16,993 nucleotides of DNA from Octopus sinensis (lineage: Eukaryota). The DNA is taken from positions 1-16,993 of the forward strand of contig NW_021824983.1 in assembly GCF_006345805.1 (NCBI RefSeq). Direction: 5' to 3'. Shown in pieces: positions 9,779 through 16,993 of the stretch. The notes under the pieces were generated by a model. That model saw only the letters and a list, made by a program, of their open reading frames with translations, did no database searches and was not told the DNA's origin. A program made the position numbers and the translations under genes. How positions within the stretch are numbered: position 1 is the first letter of the stretch; each line of letters begins with the position of its first letter.

Positions 9779-9822
<44 letters not shown>

Positions 9823-9931
9823 TTATTATTATTATTATTATCATTATTATCATCATTACATTATTATTATCATTATTATTATTATTATCATTATCATTAT
9901 ATTATTATTGCTTTTATTATTATTATCATTA

Positions 9932-9985
<54 letters not shown>

Positions 9986-10013
9986 CATTATTATTATTAT
10001 CATTGTTATTATT

Positions 10014-10044
<31 letters not shown>

Positions 10045-10188
10045 TTATTATTATTATTATCTTCATTATTATTATTATTATTATTATAAATATTATTATT
10101 ATCATTATCGCCATTATTGTTATTATTATTATTAATATTATTATTATTATTAGTAGTAGTAGTAGTAGTAGTATTATTATTATTATCA
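9715..10188. repeat. Compound (TTG)n, (TTA/TCA)n, (TAG)n
   Basis: Directly visible. Confidence 0.96.
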
Positions 10189-10406
10189 TACACCCCAATT
10201 TGGGTATTGCAATTCCTTTGGGTCACGTATGTAGTATATATTTTTCTGTAATTTCAAAGAGGGAAGAGAAGGGGACGGGGGCTGCTCACGGGCATTTTTT
10301 AAAATTCTGAACTGATGACGAAAGATATCAGAAAAAAAAAACAAATGATAAAACGGATTTAAATTAAAAAAAAAAGAACAACACTAATTCCAGAGGTGCT
10401 TCTCGA

Positions 10407-10449
10407 CATCATCGTCGTCGTCATGGTCATTATGATCAGCAACTTCATA

Positions 10450-10480
<31 letters not shown>

Positions 10481-10728
10481 GTCACCATCATCATCATCAT
10501 CATCGTCACCATCATCATAATCATCATCACCATCAGAATCATCATCATCATCATCATCGTCACCATCATCAGCATCGTCATCACCATCATCATCATTATC
10601 ATCATCATCATCATCACAATCATCATCACAACCACCACCACCACCACCACCACTTACTACTACTACTACTACTACTCCTACTACTACTACTACTACTCTA
10701 CTACTACTACTACTACTACTACTACTAT
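10407..10728. repeat. Compound (CAT)n, (CAC)n, (CTA)n
   Basis: Directly visible. Confidence 0.96.
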
Positions 10729-10944
10729 TGTCGGATTTTTATCTGCAGAGGTCTGTTACTACATCACTCTACACTTTCTCACTTTATCACATTCTTTCGT
10801 CCTTTTTTCTCTTTAGACCCCTTATCTACTGCGTCGCCATCTTTAGCATAATCGTCGTCGTTCGCTTTCTTCGTCATCATTATCTTCTTAATAACGATGT
10901 CTTCATCACTTATAGGCGTACCCAGATGTGTAGAAGCGTGTAGC

Positions 10945-10975
10945 ATATATATATATAAATATATATATACATATA

Positions 10976-11020
<45 letters not shown>

Positions 11021-11120
11021 ATATATATGTATACATATGTACATCTATATTGATGTACATATACATATACGCACAAATATACACATGCATTTACGTATTA
11101 TATACATGTATATGTGAGTT

Positions 11121-11165
<45 letters not shown>

Positions 11166-11265
11166 ATATAATACATATATATGAATATATCCATATGTGT
11201 TATATTTAGAATATATATTCTTAAATATAACACATGGATGTATGCATATATATGTATTATATTAA

Positions 11266-11309
<44 letters not shown>

Positions 11310-11520
11310 ATTATATATATATGAACGCACATATATATGCATGTATATATACGTAATGCATGTGTATATATTGCGTATATGATACATTTATAATTTATAT
11401 GTATATCAATATATATGTACATATGTATACATATATGTGTATGCATATATACATATATACATATATACATATATACATATATACATACATATGTGTATAT
11501 ATAATATAATTATACGTAGA
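10945..11520. repeat. Long degenerate (TA)n/(TATG) tract
   Basis: Directly visible. Confidence 0.9.
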
Positions 11521-11615
11521 ACGTGCATACACATATATGTACATTTGTTTACCTGTGTATGTGTGTGTTAGAAATAAGGAGAGAGGGAGAAAAAGAGAGA
11601 GCACGTGTGCGTGCA

Positions 11616-11618
11616 AGT

Positions 11619-11660
<42 letters not shown>
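11616..11660. repeat. (GT)n microsatellite
   Basis: Directly visible. Confidence 0.95.
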
Positions 11661-11667
<7 letters not shown>

Positions 11668-11904
11668 TAGCCTATCTGAAAGTTTTGCATTAATCTTTTT
11701 TTTAGAGTTTTCTTTAAATTCTGTCTTTTTTTTTTATTCTGCTTTTCTCTCTACTAATCTTATCTCCATTCCTCTTCCAGAAATAACTTTTATCCACCTC
11801 TACCCGCACCCCCCATCCCATCCCATCCCCCTTACTGCCCGTATGCACTTCATTTCGTTAATGAGTCTTAAATAAACAACAACAAAAACACCATCAACAA
11901 AAAA

Positions 11905-11992
11905 CAAATCTATCAACACTACCACCACCACAACCATTGCCCCCACACCCACCACTGCCACTGACACCACCGCCACCACCACCGCCGCCACC
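11905..11992. repeat. Degenerate (CAC/CCA)n tract
   Basis: ACC/GCC trinucleotide-rich run. Confidence 0.75.
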
Positions 11993-12074
11993 AGTAACAG
12001 GAAAAGATAAAAAAAAACTAATACTACTATAAGAACAATTCTCAATAATAACAAGAACAACAACTGTAGCAGCA

Positions 12075-12075
<1 letters not shown>

Positions 12076-12150
<75 letters not shown>

Positions 12151-12171
12151 GAAGAAGAAGAAGAAGAAGAA
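12076..12171. repeat. (AAT)n switching to (AAG)n
   Basis: Unit switch at ~12150. Confidence 0.96.
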
Positions 12172-12305
12172 TAGTGACAGGACTACAAAAAAAACCGTAG
12201 GAACAACCCCAGTATGTTGAATAAATAAATAATAAACAATTCTTGAATGTATATATCAATTGATGCCATTACAGGATCGCGAACAACGGAGGAAAAAAGA
12301 ATGAC

Positions 12306-12790
12306 GGAAAGAAAGAAAGAGAGAAAGAAAGAAAGAAAGAAAGAAGGGGGAGAAGAAGAAGAAGAAGAAGAAGAAGAAGAAGAAGAAGGAGGAAGCGGAG
12401 AAGAAGAAGAAGAAGAGGAGGAGGAGGAGGAGGAGGAGGAGAAGAAGGAGGAGAAGGAGGAGAAGAAGAAGAAGAAGGAGGAGGAGGAGGAGAAGGAGAA
12501 GGAGAAGGAGAAGAAGGAGAAGAAGAAGAAGAAGAAGAAGGAGGAGAAGAAGAGAAGAAGAAGAAGAAGAAGAAGAAGAAGAAGATTGGATGGAGGCAGA
12601 GAAGAAGGAGGAAAAGAAGAGAAAAGAAATGGAAGAAGGAGAATGAACGAAGGGAGAGGTGAAGAAGGAGGAAAAGAAGGAAGGCTATGAAGAAGAAAAA
12701 GAAGGGGAAGAATAGAAAGAAGAAAAAAGAAGAGGAAAGAAAAAAGGAGTAGAAGAATAAGAAGACGAACAACAACAACAACAGTAACAA
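12306..12790. repeat. Polypurine tract of (GAAA)n, (GAA)n and (GAG)n
   Basis: 12306-12585 contains a single pyrimidine (C12396); purine-rich sequence continues to ~12770. Confidence 0.95.
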
Positions 12791-12947
12791 AATGTTAACA
12801 ACAACAACAATAGCTCGAACAGAAACACCAATAGAATGACAATAGCAGCAACAGCTGAGAAAAGAACAGGATAGATTATTAAAAAAACAAGGAAAAAATA
12901 ATGAACAGAAAATTAAAAAAATACGAATAGAATAGCGAGAATATTGA

Positions 12948-13005
12948 CATCATCATCATCATCATCATCGTCGTCGTCGTCATCATCATCATCATCATCA
13001 TCATT
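12948..13005. repeat. (CAT)n/(CGT)n, possibly the tail of the adjacent SINE
   Basis: Abuts the 3' end of the 13009-13388 element. Confidence 0.85.
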
Positions 13006-13008
13006 TGA

Positions 13009-13388
13009 TGGAAGCACTCCGTCGGCTACGACGACGAGGGTTCCGGTTGATCCGAATCAACGGAACAGCCTGCTCGTGAAATTAATGTGTAAGTGGCTGA
13101 GCACTCCACAGACACGTGTACCCTTAACGTAGTTCTCGGGGATATTCAGCGTGACACAGAGAGCGACAAGGCCGGCCCTTTGAAATACAAGTACAACAGA
13201 AACAGGAAGTAAGAGTGAGAGAAAGTTGTGGCGAAAGAGTACAGCAGGGATCACCACCATCCCCTGCCGGAACTCTGGAGCTTAGGTATTTTCGCTCAAT
13301 AAACACACACAACACCCCGGTCGGGGAATCGAAACCGCGATCCTATGACCGCGAGTCCGCTGCCCTAACCACTGGGCCATTGCGCCTC
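13009..13388 (-). mobile_element. tRNA-derived SINE, group B, 3' body type B1, full length
   Basis: Reverse complement is colinear with 4590-4974 throughout. Possible TSD ATCATCATCATT (12994-13005 and 13396-13407) is ambiguous because it is low complexity. Confidence 0.95.
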
Positions 13389-13523
13389 TACTACTATCAT
13401 CATCATTACTCTAACCACTAAAGGTACGAACATTCTCTTCTCCTCTCCAATCTGCAGCCACATATTTACAGGAGTGCCATCCACGCTATCCGTTCCCCCA
13501 CAGTCATCCATCTTTTCACAAAT

Positions 13524-13525
13524 TC

Positions 13526-13568
<43 letters not shown>
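13524..13568. repeat. (AAT)n microsatellite
   Basis: Directly visible. Confidence 0.95.
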
Positions 13569-13569
<1 letters not shown>

Positions 13570-13576
13570 GTTTCAA

Positions 13577-13993
13577 AGCAGAATTAAGTAAGTTGAGTTA
13601 TGTTTGTCATATATTTCAACTGCTAAACAGCAAATACACTGCAGTTACCAAGGGCAATATATGTCTTTTATGGTAAAAAGGCGTGAAAACACCCGGTTCG
13701 TTCAGTGTCGCCATCTACAAGGAATCTCAGACAGCGATGTCTCAAGGTTCTTGGCTGAATTGTACATAAACCTACGATATTACAAGTTCGTTCAGAATTG
13801 CTTCTCATCGAAAATAGCCAAGAAGCTTGAAACATCGATGTCTGAGATTCCTCATAGATGGCAACATTGAACGAACCGGGTGTTTTCACATCTTTCTATC
13901 ATAAAAGACATATATTCTCCTCGGTAACTGCGGTGTATTTCCCTTTAAGCAGTTGAAATATGTAAGAAACATTTCAAATTACCTAATTCTGCT
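13577..13993. mobile_element. Long inverted-repeat (fold-back/MITE-like) element
   Basis: Arms 13578-13756 and 13816-13992 are reverse complements (about 25 mismatches and one 2-nt gap, ~85%), with a 59-bp spacer. The inverted repeat is certain; a transposon origin is inferred. Confidence 0.75.
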
Positions 13994-14034
13994 CATACCT
14001 AAACACTGCTTAGCTCTAAGACTTCGTCATAAAG

Positions 14035-14123
14035 CTTCAAAATTTTGGTATAAGGCTAAAAAGGTTTTGGTGATGAGGGGAAGTCGATTACATCGACCCT
14101 TGTACTCAACTAGTACTTATTTT
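14035..14123 (-). mobile_element. Group A SINE 3' fragment, tail type 3
   Basis: AAGTCGATTACATCGACCC...TAGTACTTATTT; minus strand ends GCCTTATACCAAAATTTTGAA, like 1218-1310. Confidence 0.75.
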
Positions 14124-14264
14124 CCTTAAGAGTTTTCTCTCCGATTTTTGGCTGTAGAGATTATTTATTTGTATAAAAAGTAACGATTTACTCCCAATCG
14201 ATCTCACCTTGCACCAACAATGCTTGAATCATGAGATAATTATAATAGATAGACCAGATACACA

Positions 14265-14265
14265 C

Positions 14266-14330
<65 letters not shown>
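14265..14330. repeat. (CA)n then (TA)n
   Basis: Directly visible. Confidence 0.95.
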
Positions 14331-14357
14331 CTTATCATTCAATTTACTGGTATATAA

Positions 14358-14690
14358 TCTGTGACCCGCTTCGGTCACGACACAGACCATGGGATTGCAC
14401 CTAGAAAGTTACCCTTCCAGATACAAATCCGGGCTGGGTTGTTTATGGAAGACCAGCAGTCGCCCATGCATACCAGCCTCCCCATTCACTGATTTTATCC
14501 AAAGGAAAGGCAAAGGTCGATACAGCTTGGCACCAGTGATGTCACAACTCATTTCTACAGCTGAGTGAACTGGAGCAACGTGAAATAAAGTGCCTTGCTC
14601 AAGAACACAACACGCAGCCCGCTCCAGGATTCGAGCTCACAACCTCACAATCGTAAGCTCGACGCTCTAACCACTGAGCCATGCGCCTTC
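14358..14690 (-). mobile_element. tRNA-derived SINE, group D, with CORE-like central domain
   Basis: Head GAAGGCGCATGGCTCAGTGGTTAGAGC (A-box, D-stem GCTC/GAGC) and AGCTCGAATCC (B-box). GTGTTCTTGAGCAAGGCACTTTATTTCACGTTGCTCCAGTTCACTCAGCTGTAGAAATGAG resembles the recalled CORE-SINE domain. Terminal stem-loop at 14361-14378. Confidence 0.88.
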
Positions 14691-14691
14691 A

Positions 14692-14693
<2 letters not shown>

Positions 14694-14738
<45 letters not shown>

Positions 14739-14765
14739 TATATATATATATATATGTGTATATAT

Positions 14766-14834
<69 letters not shown>

Positions 14835-14865
14835 GCATGTATGTATACGTATATACGTATATACG
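14694..14865. repeat. (TA)n microsatellite
   Basis: Directly visible. Confidence 0.95.
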
Positions 14866-15139
14866 AGTAAATGTAATGACAAGCAAATTAGGCAAGTTGA
14901 TTTACACAAAATTAAAATACATTTTTATGGAAAAAATATACATGTATATGAATGTAAAATAGTCCGATCTCCAGAATATAAATGATATCAAGAGTTAAAT
15001 GGGTAGAGTTGTACGAGTCCAAGAGCTGTTTCTGGGGCTTAGTTCTCCGGAATAATGTTAGTTACTTGGATCGATTATCAGATTATACCACCTCCTTCTT
15101 CAGGAGAGAATTTTACGTTTGAAATGTTGACAGTAGGAG

Positions 15140-15142
15140 TAT

Positions 15143-15174
<32 letters not shown>

Positions 15175-15271
15175 ATACATACATACATACATATATACAT
15201 ATATATATTTACATATATGTATATGCACGTATGTCTTTATCTCTATGTATGTATATATATATATATGTATA

Positions 15272-15307
<36 letters not shown>

Positions 15308-15352
15308 TGTATGTATGTATGTATGTATGTATGTATGTGTGTATATATATAA
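15140..15352. repeat. Compound (TA)n/(TATG)n
   Basis: Directly visible. Confidence 0.93.
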
Positions 15353-16061
15353 TAACGATGGCGGCTATAAGTAATATAAAACCAAAAGTAAGAATTCAAT
15401 TATCACTGCAGGGTAGCACCTACATTGCTAGAAATAAGAGTTAAAAACCATCTTAGCTGCAAAGAAATCCCTGTCTATGTATTGACAAAGGAGCTAAGTG
15501 CCCAATAGCAAGTGAGAATGTCATACTAGAATTCTTGTTCCGCTTGAAATTTAAGTTCTTCAGCGTTGACTACTCCGTCGCTGAATGGTTTCGCCATATT
15601 CCTACTACCAGTATGTAATATTTAGCATATAAAACAAAGGCTGTTTCAGCAAAATGGTATAAGAGAAATGATATATTTTGACGAAGTTTACCGATTTTTG
15701 ACGAACTTAACCGAAACAAAAAAAAACATTCAATCGTGACAATCACAAGCCCCATCTATAGTTTATATATGGATAAACAATATAAAAGTGAGTGAAATTT
15801 CAAAATTAGTGACGGCAGAATGGGAGCAGTACGCAGTTTTATTTATTTAAGGCATTTTATACATTTAAGGGATTACACATTTTAATTTATTTGATGCATT
15901 GTACAAAGCAGAAACGGCAAATTCTCCATTACAGAGTTTCTCTGAAAAAGAATATAAATTCTCTTTACATTTAGCAGAGTTCTCTGCTAAGTTAATGTAC
16001 TAAAATTATATTCTTGCTGCATCTGTGCGATATTTGTCAATTCCATTTAGCTGTGAGTGTG

Positions 16062-16152
16062 TGGGGGCGCTTGTGCGTGTATATATATTATATATGTGAA
16101 TGTGTGTGTGTGTATGTGAGTTTGTCTGTGTAGGTACGCATTTAGATGCAGG

Positions 16153-16188
<36 letters not shown>

Positions 16189-16295
16189 TATATTTAGGTA
16201 TATATATATATTTATGTGTGTGTATATATATATATATTTATATATATATATTCATATATATGTATATATGTAAGTGATTGTGTATAAATTATATA
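16062..16295. repeat. Degenerate (GT)/(TA)n tracts
   Basis: Directly visible. Confidence 0.85.
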
Positions 16296-16389
16296 GGGAG
16301 AGATAAGGGAGGGTTTCATATTTTTCATGCATGCTTTTAGCCTAATTTCTCTCCAACCAAATCTCACTTACTTTCTTTCAGTCGGTCTA

Positions 16390-16391
<2 letters not shown>

Positions 16392-16431
<40 letters not shown>

Positions 16432-16475
16432 ACTCTCTCTCTCTCTCTCACGTTATCTATCAATCTATCTATCTC
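16392..16475. repeat. (CT)n then (CTAT)n
   Basis: Directly visible. Confidence 0.93.
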
Positions 16476-16629
16476 GCTCATTCCCTTGCTACGTCACTCA
16501 CCCGTGTCCCATTATCTCACCACATCTCCCTTTGTTCCTTACTCTCCGCTTATATATATATATCTCGACACCATTTTTTAAACTCACTCTACTTCTCTCT
16601 GTTTACTCTCGGTGAAACAACATTCTTTC

Positions 16630-16747
16630 ACACGCGCATGCGTACGTACGACACGCGCCCGCCCGCCCGCAAGCCCGCCCGCACGCCCGCACGCACGCAG
16701 AGGCGGACGCAAGCAAGCGAGCAAGCCTGAACACACCACGCACGCGT
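16630..16747. repeat. GC-rich (GCCC)/(GCAC)/(GCAA) tetranucleotide tract
   Basis: Directly visible; very CpG-dense relative to the rest of the window. Confidence 0.8.
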
Positions 16748-16882
16748 TTTATCGCAATGTCACACACATTTTCCTACACCTCCACACAAGCGAGATAGGG
16801 TATACCAGTTTCAAATTCTTTCACCTACTTTTCAGTTAATCAGTTATCAAGGGGATAAAAGAGAGATAAGAAAGTTGGTGCT

Positions 16883-16993
16883 TTATTTTGTATTTCATTT
16901 TATTTTATTTTTATTATTCATTCATTTATTTTACGTATTTATTTATTTATTTATTTATTGTGCTTTTATTTCCACGTTATTTCGCTTATTTCT
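16883..16993. repeat. Degenerate (TTTA)n
   Basis: Directly visible. Confidence 0.85.

Noticed and set aside
10305-10333. Hammerhead-like TTCTGA-A-CTGATGA-C-GAAA-G-ATA-TCAGAA
   Set aside because: Core words and a stem I are present, but stems II and III are absent, so it cannot fold as a hammerhead ribozyme.
12247-12690. E/K/R-rich 147-aa ORF after a possible acceptor at ~12274
   Set aside because: It is entirely the GAA/GAG tract; no complex sequence or donor supports an exon.
3545-13421. Similar peptides in ORFs 3545-3775, 4611-4889, 4785-4994, 13057-13260, 13124-13315 and 13215-13421
   Set aside because: The similarity comes from copies of the same non-coding SINE; frames are not preserved between copies.
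13604-13889. Opposing ORFs inside the fold-back element
   Set aside because: Short, no transposase motif, and a by-product of the inverted symmetry.
14503-14521. GAAAGGCAAAGGTCGA in group D resembling the group A core GAAAGGCAAAGTCGA
   Set aside because: Too short and purine-biased to claim homology from one copy.
15576-15588. CGTCGCTGAATGG similar to CGACGCTGAATGG at 1968-1980
   Set aside because: A single 12/13 match in 17 kb with unrelated flanks is compatible with chance.
634-16581. Most ORFs in the supplied track (poly-I/Y/L/N/H/M/E/K, YI and YVCM repeats)
   Set aside because: They are translations of microsatellites lacking stop codons; no coding signal.

Overview
AT-rich eukaryotic non-coding DNA (intronic or intergenic) with no supportable protein-coding gene. 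It consists mainly of compound microsatellites and about 14 copies or fragments of four tRNA-derived SINE groups. From recalled repeat sequences and the microsatellite density, the source is probably an Octopus genome (inference; no search run). Family labels A-D are mine, and mapping them to the published octopus SINEs (OK, OR1, OR2) or to the CORE/V/Meta domains needs a Dfam/Repbase search. Most notable: a ~417-bp fold-back element with ~178-bp arms (13577-13993); three same-core SINE units stacked inside one 20-bp target-site duplication (TSD) (8244-8900); repeated module swapping between SINE groups; and a weak candidate micro-exon (432-473, minus). Identities are by-eye counts.
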